In this document: positions 24,195 through 37,700 of the stretch, piece after piece
Layout: each line of letters starts with the position of its first letter
Position numbering within the stretch: the first letter of the stretch is position 1
Source of the DNA: Hydrolagus colliei
Taxonomy: Eukaryota
DNA length: 64,000 bases
NCBI GenBank assembly: GCA_035084275.1
Contig: CM068746.1
Coordinates: 24,056,001-24,120,000, forward strand
Direction: 5' to 3'
Made by a program: the position numbers and the translations under genes
Notes under the pieces: generated by a model
Database searches by the model: none
What the model was told of the DNA's origin: nothing
The model's input: only the letters and a program-made list of their open reading frames with translations

Positions 24195-24292
24195 GTTGGC
24201 CATCTTTCTTTGACATACTAAATCACGAAGCAATAACCACCATCGATGACTTCTCCCATGGCATGCACAGGGTTGAGATTAGCTGCAGCAAT
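24195..24292 (+). CDS. MSRB3: MSRB3 penultimate coding exon (98 nt, phase 1 start, phase 0 end)
   Basis: Acceptor ttattattctgcag|, donor |gtaagt. Translates (G)[32 protein letters not shown]: the MsrB GWPSF motif, a DDFSxGMHRVE segment as in vertebrate MSRB3, and the first Cys of the second Zn-binding CxxC. Confidence 0.96.
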
Positions 24293-26268
24293 GTAAGTAT
24301 CCACTTATTGACAATGTGATTGGACTATGTTTATACTCCTGGGCATGGAGAATCCAAGAAAGTATTCTTACCTTCCTACTTTACAAGAGCCCATCACAAT
24401 CAGGGTTTCCAGGAAGAGTTTGACATTGTCCTTGGTGAACTGGATTGCCGCTTTCTATATTGTCTTTTTAAAAAACAGAATTAGAGCAATGCAAGGGGCA
24501 CTCACCAGCCTCTGACCATTGTTACTCTCCTACCCCTGAGGAGCTCACTGAGTCCCTCTTCTTTTGCCAACTGGGTCCTCTTTACACCTCTTATTGCAGC
24601 TTATCCTTACTACTGCCTTGCCAGTCTTCATCCCAGACAGCATAGTCACCTAGTGAGCATTGCATTCACAGAGCGCTATTGATGTAGTTCAGAATGCGGC
24701 CTACTTCCTTCTGTCAATGGGTAAGGAGCAGGCGAGTGAATTTGTGAATTTAAATTGGGAATTGCCTGCTGTAGTATTGCTGTTTGCGCAAACTTACTCA
24801 GCTAGGCTCCTGCTTATTGAGCACATGTGGGAAGGGAGGAAAGGAGGAGTTTAGGGATTTGTTTAAAACTAGTACCTGTATAACCAGCTACTTAAGTCAG
24901 TTACTTAAATCAGCAAAAAAAATAGATTTTTGCCTGATAGGAATCTCTGTGAAGAATCACTATTTGCAAACCACATTCCTCAGCAAAGTGTTCCAATGAT
25001 GGAAATGATGCTAAGTGCAGTATTAGATGTTAATTAATATTACTTAAATGATAATTCATCAAAATAGTTTGTCAGCAATAAATTCCCCTTCCTCCCATAG
25101 CTTCAGATCTTTGAAGTGATTTTAACATTAAAATTATTTTGATGAAGTTCCCACTTTTAATTTTGTGACATATTTCTCTCTTCCAACACACACACCTTTT
25201 AAAAAAAACTGAATGTTATGTGTTTGTTTTTTCAAGATAAAGGATTCCTTCTACTTGAAATCTTCCTGTATTTTCATACAGAGTAAACATTCCTTAGCTT
25301 TGCAGCACAAATACTATATTACTTTGCTCACAACAGCGAATCTCATTCTCCTTTTTTTACACTATGAAGTGTTCAATGTAATCTAGTTTGAACATTACTT
25401 GTGGTTAAAATGCAACATACCATGGACAATATATACTCTACCAGTAATTGAGTGTGAAAGAACCATTGAGCATATCCCACAAGCTTGTCTTCACCAATAA
25501 GTAAGAAAATAAGTTAAAATCCACAAGAAAGTGAATGATTCATTCAATACTGAACATAAATGTCCAATTAAGAGGCTTGATTAAAGCTGCACATGCATTG
25601 GAATGTGTCAATCTGAATTGTAACTGATCAAGCACAGAATATAAATTCTGGGGGGAGAGTGCCGAGGGATAGGAGGATTATTTTTGCCTGCCTGGCAGCA
25701 AAAGGAAGATCGATCCTGGCAAGCAGCTGAGCGTTCACACAAGTGACAAGGCCTTAGTTGCATAAAGCAGACTCCCTCCTCTTTAACATAGCATCATTGT
25801 CTGTCACCAGCATGCAGCCCCATCTCGGCGTGCAGCATTCATGTTGTGGCTTGACAGGCGTCCATGTGTGTACAATAGGAATGGTTAAAGCGGAAAGCCT
25901 TAAAAAAAGAGTCTTTATTATTTCTAATTTGTACTGACAGACTTGTGCTGTCATTTTGATAGTGTTGTTTTGTCCTCAGCATCCCCCCTAGAGTTGGAGT
26001 ATGTTCACAGGTGTGTAATATTCATTGGGCTAAAATCATGTGGAATATAATTCTGAATCTACAATCCTTCATGATGTTGCTAAAAGGACTTTTTTTTAAC
26101 ACGGTGCAGAAATAGCTGCTATTAAAGGGTGAAAGGTTAGATCAGAAGGAATATTTAGATGTTATCTGGAGTTTACTACCTTGTGATGAATGATGTAGAG
26201 TATATACCAGCAATCTAAAACATCCTTTATGTTACAAGAAAGCAATTACTTTTGCTATTTTATTTCAG
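24293..26268 (+). other. MSRB3: MSRB3 last intron (GT-AG, 1976 nt)
   Basis: gtaagt...tatttcag between two in-frame exons. Confidence 0.93.
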
Positions 26269-26424
26269 TGTGGTGCACATCTGGGACATGTCTTTGATGA
26301 TGGGCCCCGTCCAACTGGTAAACGGTATTGTATAAACTCTGCCTCATTATCTTTTATACCTACGGGCCAAAGCTCGACTGATGAAGGCAACAATCCTGCC
26401 CCATCTGGCAAGACTGAACTCTAG
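26269..26424 (+). CDS. MSRB3: MSRB3 terminal coding exon (156 nt including TAG)
   Basis: Acceptor tttgctattttatttcag|. Translates [51 protein letters not shown]: HLGHVF and catalytic RYCINS motifs plus a KDEL-like C-terminus. Joins in frame with 24195-24292 to complete CSN|C. Confidence 0.97.
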   Translation, partial: CGAHLGHVFDDGPRPTGKRYCINSASLSFIPTGQSSTDEGNNPAPSGKTEL

Positions 26425-27020
26425 GCTACAGAGGGCTGATGGATGGGGTTAATACTTCACAAGCCTAGGCTCCGGGGACAAACATCTTTGTGCATTTAAA
26501 GTAATAAAGTAACAAGTTATTGAAACACAAGTAAAACTCTTCTGCACAAACACTGAACTTGCTTAAAAGCGTATCCTTGTAAAACTTTTTTTTCTTGCAG
26601 GATATAAGATTGCAACAGAGTGAATCAATGTGGATGGGTGTGTAAACTGTGGGAGTTCTACCATGCAGCATAGAAAATCCATTGTACTCTGTAAAAGCAG
26701 CATAGCATGGCACAGGGCAGGCAGGATAAGCAAGGTATTAGCAGTTTCCTCATAATGTAATTTGGAGACTGCCAGGAATGTCTGACCATGAAATGCAGTG
26801 GCAAGAGAAAGAAAAGTTCAAGCATAGGTCACTCTGTCCTGAGCAGGGAAAATCTGCAAAGCTGCAGGATGTTATAAATAATTGTATGCATTGTATATCA
26901 TATCTAAAACTACTTTGCTGAAGTGGATCTACATAAATATATTTTCCCTATCTTTTATTCACAGTTTGTTTGTAAAATATATTATTGCCTTAATAAAAAA
27001 AAGTAAAAGTATTCACTGGT
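26425..27020 (+). other. MSRB3: MSRB3 3' UTR (minimum extent; could run to ~27.6 kb)
   Basis: Repeat-free AU-rich sequence after the stop codon, with AATAAA at 26503-26508 and 26992-26997. Confidence 0.6.
26992..26997 (+). terminator. Candidate polyadenylation signal AATAAA
   Basis: Preceded by U-rich/TGTA elements (tttgtttgtaaaatatattattgccttaataaa), with a CA dinucleotide ~17 nt downstream. Confidence 0.5.
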
Positions 27021-28084
27021 ACGAGCTTTATTTGTGGGCTTGGGGGTCTTTGTTATGAATCTCACTTGCTGACCACAGGTCAGTTGGTTCACAGCTGGTA
27101 TATGTCAAGAGCAGTTCAGTATACCTGGTTCCATTGCCGATGGTCTGCATTTTGTATGTAGTACTTTCAGCCTTTATCTCAAGCAGTCTCCTGAAGCAGG
27201 GGTCAGAGCAGTGGAGCATGCTCAGATTCCCTGCATGCACAAGTTCCTGGGAAAATAGTTCAGAGGATCCAAATCTAATCGAGAGGAGGCAAACATTTAC
27301 TGAGGATTCAACTTTCACCTCTTTAAAAATTCAATCTTTAAATACATGTTTATGTATATATTATACATAAGCAATTTACAATTCTGTGTCTACGTATATG
27401 TGGGAAAGGGAGTATGTACAATGGATACGAACACTTTTTAAAAATACTGTATTGTAATTTGTCATCCAAGTAACCAGTTTAGATGGTTTAACAATTTTGC
27501 TAGAATCTCAGATGCTGTAAAAAAAAGGATCAGGCTCAAGAAAAGCCAGCTTCCTTATTTATTATTATTCTGAGATTAACTTTATTTGATAAATCCTCTA
27601 AATAGAGGAGTGCTGCCACATTCCTCAGTTTTGTTTCGATGTTTTCCCAAAGTGGTGCCCCATACATTTACAGACGATCTTTGGCAAAAAGAATTCTGAC
27701 CAAAGCAATACCAAACAGTTTACGTTTGTATGGTGCATTTCATGTCAGGAGGACGCCTTGTATGTAACGACCAACAATTATTATTTTCTTGATGGATTTC
27801 AAAATAGACTGATATTTTCTGCAGTTTATTAGATTACAGAAATGGCTATTTGTAGGGGGCATGCATATGTTAAATGCTCAGTCTGGTTTGGATATCCTTA
27901 AACATGGTGAATGGGCGTCCAAATGTGTCAGACACTTAGTTGACACCTGCAAAATGACCATTAAAAATCACAACCATATATTTAAAGATTATTGTAATAT
28001 ACCCACATTGTATGATTAGAAATGGAATTAACCCTAGAATCAACCTTTGGAAAATATTTCTGTATCTACATGGTCCAATCTATT

Positions 28085-28192
28085 TTTACTCACAAAATGC
28101 AGTCACTACACTTTACAGTATGTCCTGTGAGGTGCTTTGAGATGCTTGATGATGTGATAAAACACTATATCAAAGGCAACGGTTATTATTAA
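28085..28192 (+). mobile_element. Family A/SacSINE1-type tail
   Basis: cagtcactacactttacagtatgtcctgtgaggtgctttgagatg...tatatcaaagg. Confidence 0.7.
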
Positions 28193-28494
28193 TCTCTCCA
28201 GATAAGGCAGCAAATCAGAAGCAGATCTTGCACTCTCAGCATACCTTTCGAATAGATTACTTGATCTATTGACAGACAGATGCTTAAGAACTTCTCATGT
28301 ATTCACTCTCCTCTTTAGTGGTGGAATTGTATATATAAGGGGAAAAGGAAACCTAAAATATTGGAAGTCATTGGTGGGTGGGGGGAAAGGATTAATGACC
28401 TTTGACCACAATGAATCCCTGACCTCGGAGAAGTGTTACTGACGATGGTGGAAATATACCCCAATTACCAAAGGAGCAAAGAAGGAGATTAGGT

Positions 28495-28700
28495 GGAATA
28501 TGTTTAGATAGAGAGCTGTTATTGTGTACAATGTCCTCCTCAAGCAGTGGTTGAGGCAGCATCCATATGGTGGCTTTCAAGAAACAACTAGATAGATATA
28601 AGGAAGAAAAAACTGGTAATGAAACTGAATGGGTCACACTTTCGAAGAGCGAGCACAGGTATGAATGACTTTCTATGTTCCAATATTCAATGGTTCCCAG
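28495..28700 (+). mobile_element. Degraded CR1 3' end
   Basis: aagcagtggttgaggcag...ttcaagaaacaactagatagatat...ttctatgttc. Confidence 0.6.
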
Positions 28701-28879
28701 CACTAGTGCATCTTGTGGTGTAATAAACAAAAAGAAACACATTTATTTTTCTTAGGCAAATACCTTAATCATTCAACCCTTAATCCATCACTACTGATTT
28801 ATGATAAACTGTGTTGTCTTCTAAGAGGCCTGATCTTAACACATGGTGGATGAAAATCTTACTTAATCCGTTGCAGAGT

Positions 28880-29155
28880 GACATAGCCTTAAATTCACAA
28901 CTAAGATGGTTAGAACTGAGGTCAGCAAGCATTTCTTCACAGACAGGGTAATGAAGATGTGGAATGCTCTGCATCAGAAAGCTAGAGAGGTGGAATAACT
29001 TGGAATGTTTAAAAACAAGATAGGCAGATACTTGGGTGGTATTAAAGGATATGGTGAAAGGGGTAAAGCATTGAGATTAAAAGATCTGTCAAGATTTAAT
29101 AAACTGCTTGAACAGGCTCAATAGGTTCAATGGCCTCCCCCTGTTCCTGCTTAAC
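28880..29155 (+). mobile_element. CR1 3' end
   Basis: ttcttcacagacagggtaatgaagatgtggaatgctctg (FF..RV..WNAL)...aatggcctcccctgttcct. Confidence 0.75.
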
Positions 29156-29644
29156 TTTTTCTACATTTTGTAGTTAAAGTTACAACACTTCGCTGTACGT
29201 GCATGAATCATATCAAATAATAATTAATAATAATAATCCTTGCATTTGACATAGCGTGTTCTGTCGAAGATGTCTGAGGCACTTCATTTACTCTAAAGTG
29301 TAGCAACTGTGTATCTTGTAGGTGAATGAATATATGTGAATATATGTATGTTCACATATATTCACATACAGTATAATAAAAATAGAATTTGGGTTGATTT
29401 TCACCGACATTGAATGCCTTCCTAACATTTGAAGAAGCAAACAAACAACGATTGCAGTTAGAAATATCCAAATCTTTACATTATAATGTCTACCAATTTT
29501 CCCCAAATCTTCCAGTGTATCAAAAATATATATAAATTCAGAAAAAACATAGAAGCCATTTGGAATAACCATTTGTTATCTTTAATGATGAATAGGCCCC
29601 AAGCAAGTGAATGAAAAAGTGCAGACATCTGTTTTTTTTAGAAA

Positions 29645-30120
29645 GAAAAAGATCTTGCATTTTTATAGCGTCTTATATGTCGAAAGTCTCAAAGTGATTT
29701 ATGATAGTTACAGTCACGTGTAGTACTGGCCATTTGTGGCAGCCATTTCACACACAGCCAGGTCCCACACATACAGTGAATGACCGATTGATCTTGCAAA
29801 ATGTGGTTGATATTATAACATTGCTTTACGTGCATGTATCATATCGAATAATAATATTCCTTGCATTTGATATAGCGCCTTTCGTGTTGGAAGGCTGTCT
29901 CAAAGCGCTTTACAGGATTTTAATGGAAAGTGCAGGGACTGTTTTTCACTTGATCAGCACACATGACCAACTCCCTAATCTGTTCAAATAATGTAATGGG
30001 ATGTCTTAACATCCACCTGAATACACAGGCAGCACAACCAGTGCTCATCCAGTACTGCACTGGAAAATTAACCCAGACAATAAACTCAAGTGTCGCTGTG
30101 GGGCTTGAACCCACAACCTT
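29645..30120 (-). mobile_element. SacSINE1/Deu-type SINE with an additional tail insertion
   Basis: Head on minus strand (gggcttgaacccacaacctt), Deu-like core (atgggatgtcttaacatccacctga...cagtactgcactgga), tails at 29645-29800 and 29845-29915. Confidence 0.7.
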
Positions 30121-31102
30121 AAATGTCTAAAGAATGCTATTTACATTATAATAGTTGTCAAACAATTTGTTTGAAATACATGTGGAATACTTCATCTGAT
30201 AAAGCCCAAATGCTCGATGGTAACAAGAGCTTACCTACAAAAACAAATCCTGCCTGGTTATCTTAAATGCATATCCCTTCACTATTCACCATGTGAAGGG
30301 AATGTTTTTCCTTCAGCCAAATGTCCTCTTTTCAATATCTGTAGAAACTGGCTTTGTTAAACTGAAGCAATTTGCCCTGATATTGATAATAGTGAATACA
30401 TTTCTAATTCATACATTTAGTGCATACTCAAACCCATTTATGGCCCCTTAAAAAAATGCTAATCTCTTAATTGTTTAAATATGTCCTCTTCCAGTCCTCC
30501 TGAAAATATTTATGTTCAAGTGTCAAAAGAGAGTATTTTCCATGATTTTGAAATGTTTCTTGTCTTCAGTGCTGCTGCATAATTACTTCAGGACATTTCC
30601 GTCCCATTCTTAGGGCCTGTATTAATTCAAATTCCAATATGCTCTCCATGCATCATCTAAAACATAACATATGAACTGAGTAAAGGCTCTTTGGCTGTGA
30701 TTACACCCTGTTCTTGGCCTTTGTCAACACTCAACCTACATTACAGTATTCTATATTACATACAATCGTACTATTTAATTTCAAAATGGTCAAGATTTTC
30801 AAGATTCTTTGATTATTATTAATTTTAGATTCCATCTGCCTTACCTACATAGAATTATGCAGCACAGAAGGAGGCCATTCAGCCCATCATGACCATTCCG
30901 GCACTTTGACATACCATTATGTATTGCAGTATAACCTTTACCTCATTTCTAATCAATTTTATTTTGCAAAGAGCTTCAAGAAGTTTTAAGATGTAAACAT
31001 ATTATTTTGGCCAGTGTGGTATCTAACATATGTGCACGTTTTTCACCGTGGTTAAGAGTATCCAAACCCAACTGAAAGTTCCACCTATATAAGCCACATC
31101 TA

Positions 31103-31290
31103 CATGGAAATTTCCCTGTGTCCTGAATGGAATGTGCATTCGCTCCCTGGAGGAATGCACCCGGCTTACATAATTCCAGAGAGTATTAGGCGCAAAGGTT
31201 GCAAAGAACCAAGGTTTAGGGATTCCAGAGTGTGTGTCGGGGGTATTGCTGAAGTTTAACCAGCTAAAATTACATAGCTTGTCCAGCAAG
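31103..31290 (+). repeat. Unnamed old dispersed repeat (family C) copy
   Basis: Aligns by eye with 54968-55200 (catggaaat...ctccctggag...tattagg...ggggtaytgctg...aaccagctaa...gcttgtccagcaag). Confidence 0.6.
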
Positions 31291-33799
31291 CTTTTCATTG
31301 ATAGATTACATAGATTTCAAAGTCATGCCGTTAACAGTGACTGGGTTTCTAGATGAAAGGAGTGTGTAACTAAACAGTCTATTTAAAGATCCAGTTACTT
31401 ATAATGTGTCAAAAATGACATGGTTTTTTTTTAAGTATTGCTTAATGTCAAGCCTCTTCTGGAATCTGACATGAAATAAATTTATAGCTTTACTACTCGC
31501 ATCTAAAGCATAAACAGGAATAAATAACCTTGCAAGTGCTGAAATTCTACAATGCATTTCATGCAGCATTTTCAACATCTAATTTCTTCGTGTTTCTAAC
31601 AGTGAAAATTCGATGTTTAAAAGCGGGACATGCAGAAATGCAAGATATTTGACAGAGTTTGTTAACTTAAAATCAATTTCCTCTTCCATTTTTCAACCTA
31701 CTTATGTTAAAATCACTTGTGACCAGTACAATTGTATTGAAGCCAATTACCTCCCCTCCCAGTCGTTTGCTGATATACTAGTCTCGAAGTCGGTATTGGC
31801 TGAACGTGGGACTGCTAAGCCCGATTCTATACTTGCCCATCACTTACATGTGCAGACGCAGACACATTCCAGCAGGGGTCACTAGTTAATGGTTAGGAAT
31901 GTAAACCCTGACTGATTTCCTCTCCCAACACAGGTTTTCTAAAACTACCTGTAATGCCTCTCTACTTTTTCCCTGGCTGCGATCAACAAAACCAGCACGA
32001 ATCAGGAAATTAAAATATTTGACACTTTCTCCCCCTTCTCTTAACTAAAGACGCCCTGTTTCTGGGTGAGCAATTTATTTGTCAGTAATCAGTATTGATT
32101 GTCTCTTTGGAGAATGTGAGTGTTTAACCATTGATAAAAAAAAACAGGGGACTGGTAACAAAGTACATGCTAAACCCCTTGTGTGGTCTTTGTACCAGTG
32201 GTTTATTTGTGGTTTGTTTGTTTTCCACCTGGAAGTGATTTCTGTGACATCACCCGACCTCGGGTCACATTTGGGGCTAGAGGTATCACTGCCACTTTAA
32301 ACTTAATAATTTTCAGTACTTTTGTTCTTAAACCACACAAACCTGTGATACAAACCAGATATGTGGTTCGTGAGCTGTGGGTTTTCCAAAAAAAATAAAC
32401 AAACTTGTGACATGGGAAGCTAAGTAACCTACAAATCCTTCACACTTGTGGGCTAAGTCCTTTTAGTTCCCGACATTGATTTTTAAGTAAGCCACAGCTC
32501 CCTATTGTTGTTCTATACCAGCCATTCTTTTGACCAAATTTCTAGCCCTGCAAACAAAACTAGATTCCAAATGTGCTGTGAAACACATGCACTGTATTAG
32601 ATGTCCTTGGTTTCTGGCTCATGGATTCCCTTTGTCTGATTCGAGTGCCTCCACAATCTTCCTTTGCTACTGAGTCAGACTCTGTCAGTGTCAATGGAAC
32701 AGCTTATACAGTAAAAAGCTCATGACAAAATGTAAAAATTGTTAGTACAATATTCACATTCATAATGTAATCAGAGCTTCTTAACTTCTCGCTTTCAAAA
32801 TATTTCTGTAGGATAAACTGTAGAAAATGGTTGCAGTAAAGCCAGTTTAAACACATATCAAATATTGAAAGTTTTTTGTTTCTTTCTGTTTTTTAACCAA
32901 TGCTATTTTCCTAACCGTGTATACTTTAATTAGATGTTGAGTTCCTGTACCCCAGCCCATCTACCTCACAAAATGCTTCCCGCCACATTGACTGAAACAG
33001 TCGGGACTGCAGATGTCTGCACGGCTGCAATCAATCGTAAGTACATCCCTGGCTGGAAAGAGAGGCTCTTCTGAGAGACGAGGCAGTGGTGACACTAATT
33101 TTCCTTCCCTCTAAGATGGAGCATTTTGACGATCAAACATCCAAATACATTGGAGTCACTCACTGAGGGCTGTCAAGTTCAACCATCTGTTAAGGTTGAG
33201 ATTTAAACATAGATTTTTCAACCTGGAAGTCCCACACTTCGCTGCTGAAACCACCAGGCTACCCTCTCTCTCTGTTGCTAATGGATTATTGATTATGTGG
33301 TTTAAAAGCCGCAGAACCCAGACCAATCTATCATCATTCTGCTGCAGTGTAAATAACATTAGGCCGACAGCTGTAAAACATCTTTAAATCTGTACAAAAT
33401 TATACGTTGTATTTCTCAGTTATAAACATTTGAAGTACATATAATGTAATAATTGACTTCTGCTCGATTTGCAACTTCCTCTTCTGAAGATCTTTGACTA
33501 ATTTTTCCATCTATTGGTCATCTTATTAGCATTACTATCTTCCCCGTTGGCAATTGTTAATGATTATTTGATCAAGCTTCAGAACCGCAGTGGAAGTCAC
33601 AGCTCAAATTTCTGTCCTGTTCTTAAAGATCATTTTGTCTTAAAATTCACAACCATGCAGAATTATGGAACATTCTTAAATTCAGTCCTATTTTGGAACT
33701 TGGTTTGCACAAAGTGATGTTAATTTGTTTTGCTCTCTCCAATTTTCTGCTATCTTGTCTTGAAGATGAATTTGGGCTCTTGGTCTAAATGCCCCAATA

Positions 33800-34020
33800 T
33801 CAGCAGATGAGCTTTCAGCTGTTCTGCTGTCTCACTCTGGAACTCCACCTTAGAGTGTCTCCTCCCCGCATTCAAAGCCTATGTCAAATACATGCTTTCA
33901 GTCTTCTTTCCTTTCCCAAACCCCTTAGACTCCCACACATCCCAGCTCAGGTGCCTAGCCAGCAGTGTTGAGCGGTTTGTGATGTCCTCCTGAGGTGAAA
34001 CAAACTATTGTAAATGAATA
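33800..34020 (+). mobile_element. Degraded L2 3' end
   Basis: gagctttcagctgttctgct...ctctggaactcc...gatgtcctcctgaggtgaaa. Confidence 0.65.
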
Positions 34021-35591
34021 TAACTTTTACTGTTTCATTACAATTGTAATTTAACAGATGTAAACTTGGGTACAATTCCATAGTTTCCAAGTGCTTTATA
34101 GGTACTTCACCTGAATGGCCATTCTTCCTGTGTGAGACTGAATAATAAGTTTTAGAAGGCTATTGGATTCCAGAGGGTCTCAAAGCCAAAGTTCAGCCCA
34201 ACCCTATTTTCAAATAATGTGCATTTTCATCTGGATATGGATAGTAATCAAAAAAAAAGACCACGGGTGATTTTCATATCCCCACCTCCCCAACTCTGGG
34301 ACCATGAAAACATAGGAGCTTTGCTGCTAAGTCAGCACAGTCCACAGATCAACGTTACTGTCTGCGTAGCTCAGCTTCATCCTGGACAGTAGCTTTTATT
34401 AACTGAGCCATCAGAGGAGCCCTTTTATGACTCTTTTGTAAGTCTAGTTCATAATCTGTGAAAAACAACTTTGATCTGTAAGTGTTTCATGTGCACTTTT
34501 TCTAAGTGAGAACATTTCCTGTCTCTTTTTTAAAGTAAGGCAAAAAAAATGGAACATTCAAAAATATAATTGGAAGTTGACAGCTCTTATGAAAATCATT
34601 GAAACAGCAGTTTGCGACAGTAAGATTTTGTGTGTATATGTATGGAAAAGTGTTCAAGGGCATTAGGCACAGGGACCACTGAATGCAAATAATTTATTTG
34701 AGAAGAGAATCATAAATAAGCTAGGTTTTGTCGTCAACTCCATGAATGCATATTGGAGCTTTTTTTTGTGTTCAAGGGAATTATACTAACATTCACAAAT
34801 GAAACCCACTGCCCGTTAATTTTATTTATGGTACTTTAGAGGTTAGATCTTCAAAGGTTGTGAAGTTTTGTATAAAAACAGCCGAGGCATACAACTCACA
34901 CTGTGGTGGCCAGACTGCAGACAAAAACAGCACAACCATTCAAAACCTGAGCTTGTGCTAGAACTGTGTAGATAAATCCTTAAACTTCCATATTCTTTCA
35001 CACATTGATCATTGACTTGTATTTAGTCTAATATTCAGTGGATTCTGTAATTGGGATATTTTTACCCTTTCATTCATCTTGATACCAAACAAAGAGAAAT
35101 CATGGGGAGGCACAAAGCAAAGTTATCAAGGCATATTGGGTTTAAGATTCTGCCCATTGCTGCTAATTCAAAATGTGGTAAAAAAACTTAAGAATTGCAG
35201 ATCTGCAGAAGCAAGTTATGTGGGTTGGAGTTGCATCCACCAAAGTTTCTAGCTGTATACAGTACAGTACTGACATTCGTGACAATGCAGAAGATTTTCC
35301 TTTTCTTTAGTGATGAATGCATTTTATCCAGTCAACAATCTCCCAGATAAAATTGGTCATTCTTTTCAGGGCTGTTTGTAGGACACTGGTGTGCGCTAGT
35401 TGGCTGCCAATTTTGCCTACACAGTCACTGCTCTTCATTATAAATCCTGTGAAATGCTTTAAGATACAGGATAAGTTAGTGCTACTTTCCATTTCTCTGC
35501 AGTAGGAACGTCTCTGAATTAAAATCCTTTTTTTTTAGAAAACACTCTTAAAGTTTTACTACCACAAGGAGCTATAAACTATGGGTGTATA

Positions 35592-35710
35592 CTTTTGCCC
35601 ACAAAATATACAGTCAATTTGCTTTACAGAATATTCTGTGAAGTGCTTTGAGATGTCTCGAAGACATGATAAGGCGCTGTATCAAATGCAAGGATTATAT
35701 GCGTTATTAT
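35592..35710 (+). mobile_element. SINE family A tail
   Basis: gcccacaaaatatacagtcaatt...gataaggcgctgtatcaaatgcaaggatta. Confidence 0.8.
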
Positions 35711-36229
35711 GCTGCAGAAAGTTGCGGATTTGAATATTTAGTCTGCCCTGAGTTAGCTAATCACAGTCAAGCCAAGCAGGAATTAACACTCTGCAGCACC
35801 TCAACACCCCGTGTTATAGAGGTGGAAAATTCGATCTCTCTCTGATCACTAACTAATGACTCATGCTGGAAAGTGCATGCGTGTGAACTTTGAGTGAGGA
35901 TGCGAAGCTGCTTAACATTCATGGATACTTTTTTGCCATTATTTACACAGGACCCCCAAAAATTCTAAATAAACGGAGAATGATAAATTTACATGTTTCA
36001 AGTTCAGGAGATTGATTGGACCCAAGTTCAAAGTTAATACATTGAATAGTTCTGGACACCTTCCCTCGTGAGTTGTGAATACTAATAATGCAATACAAGT
36101 CATGGTTCTGACCAGACACTTGCACTGGTGTTTCCTTTTTGTTTGGCTGGGTTCACTCATTCTGAAAGCATCATATGAGCTCATACACTGAGATTCAAAC
36201 TGCAGTGCATCCTAACAACAGTCCTGACA

Positions 36230-36445
36230 CTCCCCCAATCTCTGGAACATCTCCCTTAATCCCTCCGGCTTGCTGCTTTCTGCCCCTTTTTTAAGTCCCG
36301 CCTGAAAACCTTCCTCTTTACCATGTTTGTGGCCGCTTCCCCCCACCCACCTCTAGCTTGGCATCAGGCTCCATCACTGTTGGGGTGCGTCTGAGACACT
36401 ACCCAACATGGAGGGCAGGGCTATGTAACTGCATGTTGTTGTTGA
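36230..36445 (+). mobile_element. Degraded L2 3' end
   Basis: tctggaac...cctgaaaaccttcctcttt...gctatgtaactgcatgttgttgttg. Confidence 0.65.
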
Positions 36446-37129
36446 AAGAATGATCCAATTGTGAAAAGGAGGTTTCTTAGGGAAACTGACAATACAATCA
36501 CACTGATAAAATGCTCCAAAGCATTGTACAGTACTTCCAGAGCACCCCACTTCCCCACCAGTTCCTGTGATTTGATATGAATTATAATGGGATTTAATCA
36601 AGGAATCTTGTCAAGAAACACCCAAATTAGACCCCCTCCCCCATTATTCTCTGTCTGAATAAGTGAAGGATAGCATGGTCAGTATCGAGAATCTGAACCC
36701 ATTTGACAAGTGCCTACATTGTCTCTGACAGTACACATTTACAAAGAAGTTAGATTTCATTATTTTATGCAAAAATAAACATGAAGACAATCAAGTGACA
36801 AGATAGATAAGGAGAAACTAATGAGCATTGAGAGGCATTTACAAAGCCAAAAGAAATTTCTGTCATGTTGTAGTTCCCATGAAGAGTGCCATGGAATGTT
36901 TCCAAAAGGGCACCATCATAATCAGACTGCTTTTACAACTAACAAAAGTATTTAGTGACAAGTAGGCAGGCTGCTTTTTATTTTGTGGATTTGAATGCGT
37001 TCACTGTGGGTGGCTTAAATTAACATGGGGGTTCAGCAGGGGGCTATCAAGCATCACTGCTACCAGTATATCAGAGCCCCTGTGTCTGAGGCGTTAAAAT
37101 TCCTTCTTTGTATACTACAGCATTCCAAA

Positions 37130-37700
37130 CAATCTGCACTGCAAAGGGAAAGCCATATTTCCCATCAATATTTATTTAAAGCTCAACACTCAGCCATAAC
37201 CAAGAAGTAGACAAGGCTGCCATGACAGACTGTTATTTGTAGCTTTATCTCCTTGCTCTCTGTCTGACACCAAACATCTCCTCGCTGCATAAACACGTCT
37301 CCAGAGCAAGTGGCTATCAGCTGGTGTTCTCACACAGACCAAGGCTACAGCATTCCTTGTGTCAATGAAGTCCGACAAGTTATTTACTCCTTCAATACAT
37401 CTTCCCGGAGAAGCACATTCAGTGTAATCTCTCCCTCTTTCTTTGCATTTCAGTAAAAAACCCATTAATGAATTTGATCAATTACATTTGTAAAATAAAG
37501 TTTACGAGTGATTTTAAGGGCACCAAATTACCATTGCTTTGTTTGTTAAGAGAATTGTAAATAGAGATGTTTTGCTTTGATCTAAGGATTTTACTGGTTG
37601 CATTAACAATCCATTTGATTAATCCATTTAATTAATTAATACATTTAAAGCATATGCTAATTGAAAACTAATTGCAAAACTTTAGTTACAACTATAACTA
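37130..37700. promoter_or_regulatory. Candidate conserved enhancer
   Basis: No recognisable repeat. HOX13-type TTTACGAG at 37501-37508, TCF/LEF CTTTGAT at 37575-37581, FOX-like TGTAAATA, E-box CAGCTG and many TAAT cores. Motif inspection only. Confidence 0.35.

Noticed and set aside
26425-27600. SECIS element (MsrB1/SelR is a selenoprotein)
   Set aside because: The catalytic codon is TGT (Cys), there is no in-frame TGA in these exons, and no convincing SECIS was seen.
32243-32270. Small hairpin tgtgac-atca-cccga-cc-tcggg-tcaca
   Set aside because: Too short for a pre-miRNA, single instance, compatible with chance.
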